A model generated the notes under the pieces. That model had not been told where the DNA came from. It saw only the letters and a list, made by a program, of their open reading frames with translations, and ran no database searches. The position numbers and the translations under genes are program-made. Below, piece after piece: positions 13,244-26,779 of a stretch of 64,000 nt of DNA. Numbering within the stretch: the first letter of the stretch is position 1; the number at the start of each line of letters is the position of its first letter. This stretch comes from Isurus oxyrinchus (lineage: Eukaryota): NCBI GenBank assembly GCA_026770705.1, contig JANJGN010000012.1:45756001-45820000 (forward strand), read 5' to 3'.

Positions 13244-14789
13244 TCTTGTGTATTGGCTGTGATTGTGTGAGTATGTCTGCCTGAATAGATGCAAATCAAC
13301 AGATTTTTCTCACCTGATGTCCACACATTATATGCTCAGGCACTGGTGTAAAACTGGTGATAGGAAATTAATCACCCAATACCCAACCTCGCTTTTGTTT
13401 CTTTCCATTGAAGCCATAGGAAGGGAACATAGCGAGGTGTGAAATGGACAGCTAATTAATTGTCGTCTGTTTTAGATTATTTCCCAAAAAAAAGATCCAC
13501 ATGCACACTTCCTTACTGTGTAGTGATCAGGTAAGAGAACATTGACTGAACTTTCCTTTCAATTTTTCTGAGGGTGGCAACACTAATTTTTGCCCTGTCT
13601 GGCTTGTTTCAGTACAGGCAGAGAGTCCAATCTGAACCTTCTGGCTTCTGTGCCTTAGCCCTACATCAGCCTGCACATTGAACTACAAATCAGTGAATGA
13701 GTTTTATTCCTGTTTTTATATCTAAACATGCATGTTTTTTTTTTTTACTTATTGAATCCAGCTCCATTTTCTAATCATTTCATGGATTCACAGTCTGGTA
13801 TCAATCTTTGCTTTATAGGAACAATAAAGTCCAAGATTCAAAACTTGATCTGTCCAGGATAGCAGTTGAGAGCACTTGAACTAGGCTTGGTCCTCCTGGG
13901 TGAGGGTTGGAAGGAGGCCGGAGTAAATCAGCCAGGTAGCTACACAGTGACTCCTCCACAAGCAAATGTCAGGTGAGGGCAGAATTGAATTCAGTGATGA
14001 TGCCTTCCACAGTCGAATGGTCTGCTGACACTCACTTTTTAAACTCATGTGAAGAAGGGCACAGCCAGGGATAATGGAATGACCTCAGCATGCTGAATTA
14101 CGGTGGTGTGTCACAACATGGAGTTAAACTTCACAAACTACAGCCAGGAATAAATGTAATGAAAGATTAGCTGGGCAATGCCAATGAGCAGCAATAAAGG
14201 TCCTGTGTAGAGCAGTCAACCCTCCAACATTGTCTTGGAGTTCCCAGGAATTAAAGATTAATCTCCTGGACATTGTTGCAAGCAATTTAAGAGAGAAAAG
14301 AATCATAGAGGTATTAAAAATATTGTGGAGGTTTCATTTCCCCTGAAATATTTATCAGTTATCAAAATATTAAAGTTAGGAAGAAGGTCTTTTGATTCAG
14401 ACAGGATAGTTGGAAGTCACGATGAAACCACCTGGGTTACATCAAATCAGAATTGAAAATCCTAGGCAGTGAATTCACCTTTTATGTGGCTGGTTACACC
14501 AAAGACTTAGGATTCTAAGATAGTGGTACCTATATGGAGGAGTCTCATGGTCACATACTCAGAACTGAGGACTAAGTCTGGTGATGCTGCAACTTGTAGC
14601 CAGCTGAGTCTTGATAAGACTGGGGAAGGATCCCACCTACGTACAGTACAATTGTTTGCAGAAGCACTGAATTCCCTGGGAATGGTAATTTGGATAGGAT
14701 ACTAGTGCTCCAGCAAGAATCAGAGCTTTAAAGGAAGGAAATTTGGAACCTGCTGATAAGAAATGAACAACCAATAACCCTGAATATAT

Positions 14790-15195
14790 CATCTAGCCAG
14801 GTGAAAACAGATCATTCCCTACAATGGCTCCTGGTTAATCAACGCCTTGATTTAAAAATTCCCAAAGTTGTTTTCAAATCCCTCCAAGACATCTCCCCTC
14901 CCTATCCCTATAATCTTTTCCACCCCCACAACCCTCCAAGATATCGGTTCTCCACTAATTCTGGCCTCTTTATCATCCCTGATTTTAATCACTCCACCCT
15001 TAAGCTCTGGAATTCCCTCCATAAACCTCACCTCTCCTCTGCCTTTCGTCCTCCTTTAACTTGCTTCTTATAAACCTCTTTGAACAAGCTTTTTGTCCTA
15101 ATATCTCCCTATGTGGCTCTGTGTCAGATTTCTGTGAAGGCCTTGGGATGCGTTACTTTGTTAAAGGTGCTTTATAAATATAAGTTGTTGTTATT
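14790..15195 (+). mobile_element. L2-like LINE 3' end
   Basis: SLQWLLVNQRLDLKI...FKSLQDISPPY...PPRYRFS resembles the L2 ORF2 C-terminus; tail tgtgaaggccttgggatg...tataaatataagttgttgtt. Confidence 0.6.
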
Positions 15196-15524
15196 AATCA
15201 TTTATGTTGTAACATACAATGTTCCATTACTCAGAAATGTATCAAATGGTTAGAAAGATAGTACAGGCTTCAGGAGGACACAGACTGAAAATGCGTAGAC
15301 ACGTGACAGGTGATATTTAATACAGAGAAGTGTGAAGTGATACAATTTGAAAGGAAGAATGAGGAGAGGAAATGAGCTTGATAATACAATTTAATGGGGG
15401 AGAGATTTAAGGGTGGAGGAACAGAGAGATGTGGGGGTGTTTGTGCACAAACCTTTGATGGACAAAAGATAAGTTGAGAACGCTGTTTAAAAAGCCAGAT
15501 AGGATCTTTGGCTTTATATGTACA

Positions 15525-16680
15525 TACGAAATAGGAGCAGGAGTAGGCCATTTGGCCCTTCGAGCCTGCTCCGCCATTCATTAAGGTCATGGCTGATCTG
15601 CTTGATGTTTCAAATTCAACATTCACATTTACCCCCGATAACCTTTGATTTCCTTGCCTAACAAAATCTGTCTGTTACCAAATTAAAAATATTCAATGAC
15701 CCAGCCTCCAATGCCTTCTGAGGCAGAGAGTTCCAAAGTCTCACAACCCTCTGAGAGAAAAAAGTTTCTTCTCACCACTGTCTTAAAAGGGCAACCCCTA
15801 ATTTTAAAACAGTGCTCTCTCATTCTGGACTCACCCACAAGAGGAAACATCATTTCCACGTCCACCTTGTAATACCATTCAGGATCTTATGTACTTCAAT
15901 CAAATCACCCCTCACTCTTCTAAACTCCAGCAGAAACAAGTCCAGTCTGTCTAATCCTTCCTCATAAGAAAATTCGTTCATTTCAGTTATCAGTCTAGTA
16001 AACCTTCTTTGAACCGTCTCCAATTCATTTATATCCTTCCTTAAATAAGGAGACCAAAATTGCACACAATATTTGAGATGTGGTCTCACCAATGCCCTGA
16101 ATAACAGAAGCATAACATCTTTACTTTTATGTTCAATTTCTCTCGTAATAAAGGATAGCATGCCATTAGCCTTCTTAATTACATGAAATACCTGCATAGT
16201 AACTTATTGTGACCCATGCACTAGAATACCTAGATCCCTCTGCAGCTCAGAATTCTGCAACCATTCTCCATTTAAGTAATACTCTTTTTTTATTTTTCCT
16301 ACCAAAGTGAACAAATTCACATTTTCTCACTTTATATTCCATCTACCAGATTTTTGCCCACTCACTTAACTTATCTATATCCATCTGCAACCTCTTTATG
16401 TCCTCTTCACAACATACTTTGCTATCTTTGATCATCTGCAAATTTAGCTACCATGCCTTCACTCCCTTCATCCAAGCCATTGATATAAATTGTAAAAAGT
16501 TGAGGCCCCAGCACAGATCCCTGCGGGACTCCACTCGTCACATCCTGTCAATCAGAAAATGATCCATTTATGCATACTCTCTGTTTTCTGCCAGCCAGCC
16601 AATATTTTATCCATGCTAATACGTTACTCCCTACACCATGAGCTTTTATTTTTCACAGAAACTTTTGATGTGGCACCTTA
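15525..16680 (-). mobile_element. CR1 LINE family B 3' part
   Basis: KKANGML.FI.R.IE.KS.DVML.L.RALVRPHLKYCVQFWSPYLRKD (15850-16197). Confidence 0.9.
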
Positions 16681-16714
16681 TGTATAGCACGTCTATGGGC
16701 ACTTATTACCTACT

Positions 16715-17210
16715 TACATTTATTCCACAGCACAAGAGGATCTTTAGGATTATAAAAAATGCAAATAGCAGTAAAAAGTGTTCCAAGCTGACTAGGCACT
16801 AAAGAGGTGCATCTACTTAAGTATTTTAACATTCAGAATCATCGTCCAAAAGACCTATTTCAGTTCCTGCATTCTTGTACATGGAACATATTTTTTCTAA
16901 GCTGCGAAAGCAGTAAGTGCATTTTGAATAAGTGTTTAAAGTGTATGACAGAACTACATCTCCTTTGCCATGTATAATACACGAGTGTTAGAGCTTTTCC
17001 TTGTTCCTGCAGGACCATACTAAAAGAATGTTTTGTTTTCCTTTGTAGACTGTATGCAAGTCTCATCAACAATTGCCTTTTGATTGTGGTTAAGTTTTTC
17101 TTTATCAAGATTGTCTTTGCCTTCTTCCAAAATGCTGAAATCACCCTCCATAGGGTAAAGGATGAGTCAAAGTGCTTGCTGGTAATCTCTGGTTTTGTAA
17201 ATGGTTATTA
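16715..17210 (-). mobile_element. Helitron RepHel remnant (two fragments)
   Basis: Manual minus-strand translation gives KLNHNQKAIVDE...KTFF*YGPAGTRKS (Pif1 helicase motif I) and IGLLDDDSEC...PSQLGTLFTAICIFYNPKDPLVLW (Helitron linker); stops present. Confidence 0.7.
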
Positions 17211-17544
17211 TTGTCCTTCAAAAATTGCTCAATGTGATAGTGAATGAGAAAATAAATGTTGCCTTTAAATAAGAGCATTAGAAACAGGAGCAGGAGGAGA
17301 CTTTATGGCCCTTTGAGTCTGCTCCACTATTCAATACAATGAACAGAGGCTTAGAATGCAAAAACATTATGCTAATCCTTTATAAATCACTGCTTAAGCT
17401 CCAGCTAGATTGTTGTGTCCAATTCTGGGTACCATGCTTTAAAAAGGATGTCAAGGCTTTAGAGAGGATGAAGAGATTTATTTAAATGATACCAAGGATA
17501 TGGGTCTCCAGTTATATAGAGGTTCTGAAAGTACAGAGGTTTAT

Positions 17545-17792
17545 TGTTGTAATTATGGTTTTGTTAAATGTTAGACTGTACCTTTAAGAATAGTCCTGTG
17601 TTGTAAGATTACATGACCTGTGTAAACCAATGTGTCAGCAATATGGGCTACCTCCACAGTCAGTAGAGAGATGGAGTTGAAAGCACATGCGTAGTTGCTG
17701 CTGGCTGTATTGTAAATAAACCTATATTTCCATTAAAAAGTTGTCTGCAAATCAACTCTATTACAAATAGGTGACAAAACCACACTACAACA
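17545..17792 (+). mobile_element. Solo LTR
   Basis: TGTTGTA...TACAACA termini, AATAAA, near-TSD tttat/gttat. Confidence 0.65.
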
Positions 17793-18016
17793 GTTATTCA
17801 GAATCATGAATGTTTTGACAGTGTAAATAAGAAAAAATATTACCAGTGGCAAAAAGTTTGGTAACCAAAGGACACAAACTTAAGGTAATTGGCAAAACAA
17901 CCAGAGGCAGAATGAACTTTGTTTAATACAACCAGTTGTTATGATCTGGAATGCACTGCTTGAAAGGATGGTGGAAGCAGATGCAATACTTATTTTCAAG
18001 GATGGGTTAAACATTT

Positions 18017-18737
18017 ATAAAAATAAAAAAACTGCGGATGCTGGAAATCCAAAACAAAAACAGAATTACCTGGAAAAACTCAGCAGGTCTGGCAGCATCG
18101 GCGGAGAAGAAAAGAGTTGACGTTTCGAGTCCTCATGACCCTTCAACAGAACTGAGTGAATATTAGAAGAGGGGTGAAATATAAACTGGTTTAAGGTGGG
18201 GTGTGGGGGAGAGAAGTGGGGGGGGGTGATCTTGAACTCCCTCCTCCATCCCCACCCCCTTTCCGTTTCTTCCCTCTTCCTTTTGTTTTTTCCAATAATT
18301 TATATAGATTTTTCTTTTCCCACCTATTTCCATTATTTTTAAATCTTATATGCCCTGCTAGTCTTTCCACCCCACCCCCACTAGAGCTGTACCTTGAGTG
18401 CCCTGCCATCCATTCTTAATTAGCACATTCGTTAGATAATATCACCACCTTCAACACTTCTTTGTTTCTTTGTCTGTGACATCTTTTGATTATCTGCTCC
18501 TATCACTGCTTGCTTGTCCCTACAACCACACCACCCCCCCCCACCCCCCCACTTCTCTCCCCCCCCCCCCCCCCCCCCCCCCCCCGCCACCTTAAACCAG
18601 CGTATGTTTCACCCCTCTTCTAATATTCACTCAGTTCTGTTGAAGGGTCATGAGGACTCGAAACGTCAACTCTTTTCTTTTCTGCCGATGCTGCCAGACC
18701 TGCTGAGTTTTTCCAGGTAATTCTGTTTTTGTTTTGC
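18017..18737 (+). mobile_element. Non-autonomous Penelope-like element: inverted terminus plus forward 3' UTR
   Basis: Near-identical inverted arms; hammerhead-like cores at 18115-18153 (-) and 18633-18671 (+); TSD ttaaacattt (18007-18016/18738-18747); interior resembles the 3' UTR of the 29083-30642 ORF. Confidence 0.9.
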
Positions 18738-18806
18738 TTAAACATTTGAAGTGGAAAAGATTTGCTGGACTATGGGAAAAGAGCAGGGGGATGAGATTAA
18801 TAATTA

Positions 18807-19502
18807 CAAAAGTAGCTGGAAAAACTCAGCAGGTCTGACAGCATCTGCGGAGAGGAACACAGTTAACGTTTCGAGTCCGTATGAGTCTTCATCAGAACTG
18901 AGGAAATATAGAAATGAGGTGAAATATAAGCTGATTGAGGGGGCTGGGACAGGTAGAGCTGGATAGAGGGCCAGTGATAGGTGGAGGCAAAGAAAAGATT
19001 GCCAAAGATGTCATAGACAAAAGAACAAAGGGGTGTTTACGGTGGTGATATTATCTAAGGAATGTGCTAATGATGACATTAAGGGTAGAAAGCAGGACAA
19101 GCAAGCGACAGATGGCCCTAGTGGGGGTGGGGGGAAGGGATCGAAATGGGCTAAAAGGTGGAGATAAAACGATAGATCGAAATAAATTTAAAAATAGGTG
19201 GGAAAAGAAAAATATATTAAAAAAAATTATAAATTAGGGGGATCAGAAAGGGGGTGGGGATGGAGGAGAGAGTTCATGATCTGAAGTTATCGAACTTGAT
19301 GTTAAGTCCAGAAGGTTGTAAAGTGCCAAGTCGGAAGATGAGGTGCTGTTCCTCCAGTTTGTGTTGAGCTTCACTGGAACAATGCAGCAAGCCAAGGACA
19401 GACATGTGGGCATGAAAGCAGGGTGGAGTGTTAAAATGGCAAGCGACAGGGAGGTCTGGGTCATGCTTGCGGACAAACCGAAGGTGTTCCACAAAGCGGT
19501 CA
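18807..19502 (-). mobile_element. 5'-truncated Penelope-like element (GIY-YIG C-terminus plus 3' UTR)
   Basis: EHLRFVRKHDPDLPVACHFN...GTLQPSGLN matches the ORF end at 30420-30642; core CTGATGA...GAAA at 18861-18899; TSD attaataatta (18796-18806/19507-19517). Confidence 0.9.
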
Positions 19503-19994
19503 ATTAATTAATAATTAATTGGGCAGCTCTTTCAAAGAGCTGGCACTGGCAAAATGGGGCCCAATGACCTCCTTCTGTGCTGCATCATTTCATGATACTT
19601 GAATTCCAACGAAGCCACATAACGCATACTTGCTAGATTCAAGACGAATGCCTAAGAATCTGGAAATCTGAAATTAAAACTGAAAATGCAACACCAATTC
19701 AGGCAGCATTTGTTAACGAAACAGATTTAATGTTTCAGGTCGTTGGCCTTTCATCTTAACCGGGGGAAGACAGAAATTTAACAGTTCATAAACAAGTTTA
19801 CATTTGGTGCATTTTGACGTTTCCGTTCCAACTCCTAAAAATGCCCTGCAAGAGGACAATAGGCTCAAAGCCTCTTGCAGAACCTGACGAATTTCAGTAG
19901 GAAAGAGGAATAAATAGGAACTATTTTTCATTCTTGGGTTGTACGGGGGGCAGATTTGAAAGTCGGGCCGCATCAAAGGTCAGTAGTAGAGAAG

Positions 19995-20065
19995 AATTGT
20001 TTCCGGTATCAGGGTATAAGAAGGGAGCGAGGACACACTTCCGGTCTCTCCAGCGCGCAGTGAAA
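19995..20065 (+). promoter_or_regulatory. RPL37 core promoter / 5' UTR (TOP-like pyrimidine tract, ETS-type TTCCGG motifs, TATA-like TATAAG)
   Basis: TTCCGG at about 20000 and 20039, TATAAG at about 20014, CTTCCGGTCTCTCC just upstream of the ATG; locally CpG-rich. Confidence 0.7.
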
Positions 20066-20068
20066 ATG
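20066..20068 (+). CDS. RPL37: Ribosomal protein eL37, coding exon 1 (ATG only)
   Basis: ATG immediately followed by GTGAGT donor; exon 2 starts at codon 2 in phase 0. Confidence 0.9.
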
Positions 20069-22515
20069 GTGAGTGAGGGGGATATAGCCTTGTGGGAGGC
20101 AGAATCCGTGTCCATCCACTCCTGGTCGGCCCATTAGCAGCAGGCCGCCGCTGGGGCTTAACTCTACACATATTCAGCTGTTGTATCGTATTGATATTCC
20201 CGGGGCTGACGGTTGAAAATGAAGTTAGGAGAAAGATGTAGGCCTCAGTCGCCCTGTCATTGTAGCTGACGCTTATACTCCAGCCCGGGGCCTGAGGTTG
20301 GGCCTAGTACTTCTGCCTTCTAGCAGGTAGAGATCTGTATGGTGTGCTGCTGGTTATAGGGTGTAATGCTCCGTCTGTGCCCCTTCTGGGGTTATTTTAA
20401 CTGATCAATGAGCCTCCTTTCCCCAGGCTGGAGGCAGTGGTCCATTCACGGCTCAGTGTCCTGGGGAAGGTTTGCACTGATGTCACTGTCTGTCGCTCAG
20501 TGGTAATTCTGCAGTTGTTCCGTCTCCATAATTAACTCTTGGTGTCTTACCCATTTTAGCGTCGAACAACACTATCCCAAATGGAAACAAAATGCTGGAA
20601 ATACTCAGCTTAGCCAGGCAGCATCTGTGCAGAGGGAGTAAGAGTTAACGTTTCAATTCTTTGACCGAGATGTGCTGAAAGGTCACAAACCTGAAACGAT
20701 AACTACTACTGTCTCTACAGACACTGCCTGGCCAATCTAAATATTTACAATATTTTCTGTTTTGTATTTCAGATTTCCAGCATGCGCCTTATTTTACTTT
20801 TGTGATACAATCCCAAATCTGGCTTCTTATGTGCAACAGTTCTGAGCAGTCAGGAGAGCACAATCTTTCAGATTCTTTTGTTTATTGTTTAGGGGTCTAG
20901 ATTGTTGTCCTTTCAATTCATATTTCTGGTCATGTTCATTGCAGAGTTGAGAGTCCATAATAGGGATGTTGTAACACATACCCAAACTTGTCTGGAGAGC
21001 ATGTTGAGGAAGCCAAATGATGAGTAAAAAGACAAGTTCAGTCAATATTTGAAAGGATGATGGGTTAAGTATTCAGGTGTGACCCTTCACAAGGATACCT
21101 AGTAAAGCACTTACCTGTGTCTGGACTCTTCATACAGCATTATAAAAATTAACAGCATTGTGGGTGGGAGAAAAATTCAGCCCATCGTGCCTGTATTGAT
21201 TCTAGCTTTTCAACTCTCATCCTATTTCCCTGTATCCTTTTTCAAATACCTACTGACTGCACTTGAAAGATGGTGTCTGCCTTATTCGTTTATCCTGATG
21301 AGCTTGGTTTTCATTTCATATTTGTGTCTCTGACCACTACTCTGATGTACAAATTATTTCTTCGAAAGCAAATAAATTGACTCACTCCTGCCCCAAGTCT
21401 ATTTATTATAAAATGGTGCACACAATTGTACACACAACACCATCAAAATTAATTGGTTATTACAGGAATGAAAACCTGAAATTCAGTCAGTGTCACATTT
21501 ATGGTGCCCAACGATGCAGTCAGACCATCTCTGCCAGTCCTGAATGAAGCAGGAGATGATCATCTCTGCACAGCAGCAAAATAAAGTTAATCCAATGAAA
21601 GATTATTCACCTGAAATGTTAACTGTTTCTCCACCAATGTTGCCTGAATTGCCGAATATTTCCCAACGTTTTCTGTTTTTAACCAGATAGTAGTTCGTTG
21701 GAGAGAGATATTGTTCTCTCTACAGCCCTCATTTGTAACATAGATGCATTTAAGGAAAACCTAGATCACTATATGAGGGAGAAAGTGATAGACGGATATA
21801 TTAATAGGGTTAGATGAAATAGTGGTCTTATATGGAGCATAAACGCTGGCATAGAACAGTTGGGTTGTGTGGCTTCTCCGTGCTGTCCATTCTATGTAAT
21901 TCTATGCTTGACCAATGCATTCAATTGTATTTAGTTACGCTGCGTTCAGATTGATGTTTGATACCTCTCAGCTAATTAACCTAGGGCCGTTAACAAAAAT
22001 GTTAGCTTTTGCATAGAGTCTGTTTTAAGTGAGAAAAGTCTGCCTAACTGAGATAATTTTGCAGCATCATGTTGTATACAATGTGCTGTTAAATGGAGGC
22101 CTTGTGTTTCAATGATTTCCCAATTGCAGATTCCCCACTTCTGCCATGTTGAGGACAGAATGGTGAAAGTCAGGTTGTCTCCCCTTCCCCATACCTGGTG
22201 GTTGTTGGGAGCAGCATCTTAAAAGTGCTGCTATATTGAGGCTGTGGTGATAGGAGAACTGTTCTTGGCTGGAGTCTGAAACCTCTGACTGTCACTCCCT
22301 TTGTTCCTGTGCCGTTCGCAATTAGAGTTATGTTAACAGTTGCTTGTTTTCATCTGGTTTCCAATAGGCTGGACTTGACATTCTGGATAGATCGGCTGGA
22401 GTTGATTGCTCTCCCACTCCTTTTCCTTATAACATCTATAGGGATGGGATGATCTAAGGAGATTGTATAATCACAAACAATTTGGTGAGGCTTTGCCTGA
22501 GAGTGGGTGTGATAA

Positions 22516-22704
<189 letters not shown>

Positions 22705-23028
22705 TGAGCAGGTAGCCATGACCCAAATGGTCTAACACTCTTGAGGATGCAAATGTGTTTTCTTCCTGCCTCCACTAGAGGTTTGGTTCTAGCTGAAGTG
22801 AGATTCTAGTATTGTACCAACCATGGCATGAAATTGATTTTACTTTGTGCTTGAGACAGGGTTCTGAGTGTTAGAAGGTTATTTGGAAATCCCTGCAGTT
22901 CAAGTCTATCCTGGTCTTGTGACATGTATGTTTTAGCAGGAGTCATTGGAGCAGGAGCCTGAGTTGGGTGAAAAAAAATTTCTGCCTGACTATGAACCAT
23001 CACCCACCCTGACTACTTTGGGCTATGA

Positions 23029-23250
<222 letters not shown>

Positions 23251-23514
23251 TAAGAAATGTAGTGACAGTGAGAATCTACTCAATGACCATGGAAGCCATG
23301 TTAATGTGTTTGATCGATGTGCCCGTGTGTGATGGTCGAACGGCTACTTTTCGATAAGGTGATAGAAAATTGTAGCAGGCTGTTAGAAAGATGTGTTGGT
23401 ATATATCCCTGGGAGGAGGTAGTGTTGGGAAGTGGGGTGTGTATCTGGGAGAGGAGTTGTATCAATGGGATTTCAAGTGTTGGGATAGGGTTTGTATCCA
23501 GGAGAGTGGATGTT

Positions 23515-24685
23515 GGGGGTGAGGTGAGAGTGACTGCCTTTGACATCAAGGCAGCATTTGACCAAGTGTGGCATCAAGGAGCCCTAGCCCTAGCAAAACT
23601 GGAGTCAACAGGATTCGGGGGGGAAATTCTCCAGTGGTTGGAGTCATACCTATCACAAAGGAAGATGGTTGTGGTTGTTGGAGGTCTGTCATCTCAGCTC
23701 CAGGACATTTCTGAAGGAATTCCTCAGGGTTCCTAGGCCCAACCATCTTCAGCTGCTTCATCAATGACCTTCCTATCAAAAGGTCGGAAATGGGAATGTT
23801 TGCTGATGATTGCACAATGTTCAGCACTAAATTTGCGACTCCTCAGATAGTGAAGCAGTCCATGTTCAAATGCAGCAAGACCTGGACAATATCCAGGCTT
23901 AGGCTGACAAGTGGCAAGTAACATTTGCGTCACACAAGTGCCAGGCAATGACCATCTGCAACAAGAGAGAATCTAACCATCATCCCAATACATTCAATGT
24001 CATTACCATCGATAAATCCCCCACCATCTACATCCTGGGAGCTACCATTGTCCAGAAACTGAACTGCACCAGCCATATAAATACTGTGCTACAAGAGCAA
24101 GCCAGAGGCTAGGAATCTATGAATAAGTCACCACAGCCTGTCCAGCATCTACAAGGCATAAGTCAGGAGTGTGATGGAATACTCTTCGCTTGCCCAGATG
24201 AGTGCATCTCCAACACCATTCAAGAAGCTTGACACCATTCAGGACAAAGCAACCTGCTAGATTGGCACCCCATCCACAAACAGTAACTCCTTGCATCACA
24301 AATGCACAGTGGCAGCAGTGTATACCATCTTCAAGATGCACTGCAGCAACTCACCAAAGCTCCTTAGACTACACCTTTCAAACCCACAACCGCTACCATC
24401 TAGAAAGACAACGGCAGCAAGCATGTGGGAACATCACCACCTGGATGTTCCTCTCCAATCAACACAGTAACCTGACTTGGAAATTTATTGTTGTTCCTTT
24501 ACTGTCGCTGGGTCAAAACCCTGGAACTCCCTCCCTAACAGCACTGTGGGTGTGCCTACACGGCATGGACTGCAGCGGTTCAAGAAGGCAGCTCACCACC
24601 ACCTTCTTGAGTGCAATTAAGGATGGGCAATAAATGTTGGCTGCGCTAGCAGCACCCACACCCTGTAAATGAATATCTTAAAAAG
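23515..24685 (+). mobile_element. CR1-group LINE family A in RPL37 intron 3
   Basis: EVRVTAFDIKAAFDQVWHQG...IPQGS RT motifs running through to the family tail. Confidence 0.88.
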
Positions 24686-25799
24686 GATGCATCTCTGGGT
24701 GGGGGTGTTGTATCTGGGTGTGGCTGGGTCAAAGCACTAACTCTATCCTCTGAAATCTAGTTTGAATTTAACCCAAGCTGCTGAATTTTCAGTGTCCCAA
24801 GTCAAATGAGTTTGGACACTTCTGGAAGTCGGACTGATGTGAATTCTCGAAATATTTAGAATACACTGTAATTCTTGCTGCTGACCTGTCAGGAGCAATT
24901 GCACATGTGCCTACACTAGCTGCTGGTGCAAGTGCAATTGTTTGGAGTTTGGAACACATGCAATGCGATTGGCTTCAATTTCACTGCAACAAAGTCTTTA
25001 GAATTTTTTAAGGCCATAAAACAGGAGGAAAGTATCATAATGCTGTTTTATGATTTGGTTCAGGTAGTGAGCTGGACAGTGGAGCAAAGATGAATCTAAA
25101 ATGCCTAAAGCAATGTAGCCAAATTTTGTGATTAAAATTGTGTGCATGACAGCTACAGACTGGGTGTGTAAATGTGTCATGTGGTAATTGCTGGCAATGA
25201 ATGTGCTGTAATCTTGTTTTGGTGTTTTGTACCATCTCTTAATTGCCCAGAGTTTTGCTGTTTATAATATAAAATGAAAATATTAGCAGACATGGAATTG
25301 GAGTCAAGTTAGAGAGTAAGTGATAATTGGATCAGGGTGTGCTTTTAAACGTAGCCCCATTTTAAAGCCTTTATTATTGTATACTTTCATATATATTACT
25401 CTTGGTTAAAGAACGAAGAACTTAACACCTGTGATGTCCTCATGACATTCCTAAGTGCTGCATAGCAATGAAATTAAACGGCAAAGCCTGGGGCAGTTTG
25501 GGAAATAGTTTATTGGAGCTTAGGGGTTTCCCTGCAATAGCAGTCATGGAGCTTGGAGATACATAACTAACACTATAATGTGGCCATGAGCTGGCAGACT
25601 TAATTTCAGCATGAAAAGCATCAAATTTAGTATAAAACCCCTGACCCAGAGGGATTGCATCTGCACATATTAAGAAATTAGGAAGAGGCAGCAGAAGCAC
25701 TATTATGTTAATCTATAAAATAAAATTATTGGAAAAAGGAAATAGTGCCAGAGGACTGGTGGACAGTTAATGTTATTCTTATAGTGAAAAAAGAAGATA

Positions 25800-26200
25800 G
25801 ACCTCGTGCAGGAACAAGGAGTGGACAATTCAGCCCCTTGAGCCTCTTCTGTTCAGTGAGATCATGACTGATCTGTGACTTAACTCTATAAACTTGTCTT
25901 TCCCCCAAATGCCTTATACCTTTGATTAACAAAAATCTATCAACCTCAATTTAAACATGAGCAATTGATCTAACACCAGTTGCAGTTTGCAGAAGAGTTC
26001 CAAATTCCTACCGCTCTTTGCACGCAGAAGCATGTCTTCATTTCAGTCCTGAAAGGCCTGACTCTTCATTTTTTGACTCTGTCACCTAGTGCTAGAATCC
26101 CCAACCAATGAATATAGTTTCTCTCTACTCTTATCTGTTCTGCTCAATATCTTGACTTTGCTTAAATCATCCCATAATCTTATAAATTCTAGGGAGTACA
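25800..26200 (-). mobile_element. CR1 family B 3' tail
   Basis: Same tail as 15525-15900 and 27540-27960. Confidence 0.7.
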
Positions 26201-26680
26201 GCATCCTTATGGGACACCATTAGTCACATCCTGCCAGTACATGTCAGCATTTGACTACAGCTTTCCCAACAACCCAATAGGGGTTTGGTGCTCCAGCTTA
26301 CTGTGCACTCACTGTATAGGCTTAATGTGGAAGAATAGCCGCTTGGGCAAGGGATCTGGGCTGCTGGCATCCATGAAATGGTACCCAATAGGAATTGTCA
26401 CCTTTATGAGAGGATAGATAAGGAAAAATTAAACTGCATTTGGTCACAGCCTGTAGATACAATGATTCCTGCAGAAGAGTTAAGTGGTGCTGTGGGTTTG
26501 AGAGAGTGCAGTAACATGATTAAAAGATGGTATGCCTATGGAGAGTATTTGAGAGCAATCTCTTGAGATTTTTCTGACGCTAGCAGAGACGCATGTTGGG
26601 AACTCGATTTGTATTCACTTTAAATCTTTGCTGCTGAGTATTACACTATCCTAACCTCTTCCTTACTGTCTTATTTGCAG

Positions 26681-26750
26681 GAATGGATTCCGCGAAGGGA
26701 CCACCCCGAAGCCCAGACGTTCCACAATGGCTTCCTCCAGCACTGCATAA
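26681..26750 (+). CDS. RPL37: RPL37 coding exon 4
   Basis: (R)NGFREGTTPKPRRSTMASSSTA*; spliced CDS 3+136+85+70 = 294 nt = 97 aa plus stop. Confidence 0.97.
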
Positions 26751-26773
26751 ACTACCAGTGTATCTACACAACA

Positions 26774-26779
26774 AATAAA
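26774..26779 (+). terminator. RPL37 polyadenylation signal
   Basis: AATAAA 23 nt after the stop, followed by GT/T-rich sequence. Confidence 0.85.

Larger units (their letters stand above)
17340..19590 (+). mobile_element. CR1 LINE family B 3' end, split by a solo LTR and two PLE insertions
   Basis: CR1 tail pieces at about 17340-17520, 17793-18016, 18748-18795 and 19518-19590 are collinear. Confidence 0.7.

Noticed and set aside
18017-18737. MITE / DNA transposon interpretation of the inverted arms
   Set aside because: Arms are asymmetric (about 33-nt tail on one side), TSDs vary from 10 to 15 bp between copies, and the sequence corresponds to the PLE 3' end.
21950-22056. Box C/D snoRNA candidate ending AACTGAGATAA
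   Set aside because: Only the 3' few bases resemble SNORD72; no good C box, terminal stem or guide element.
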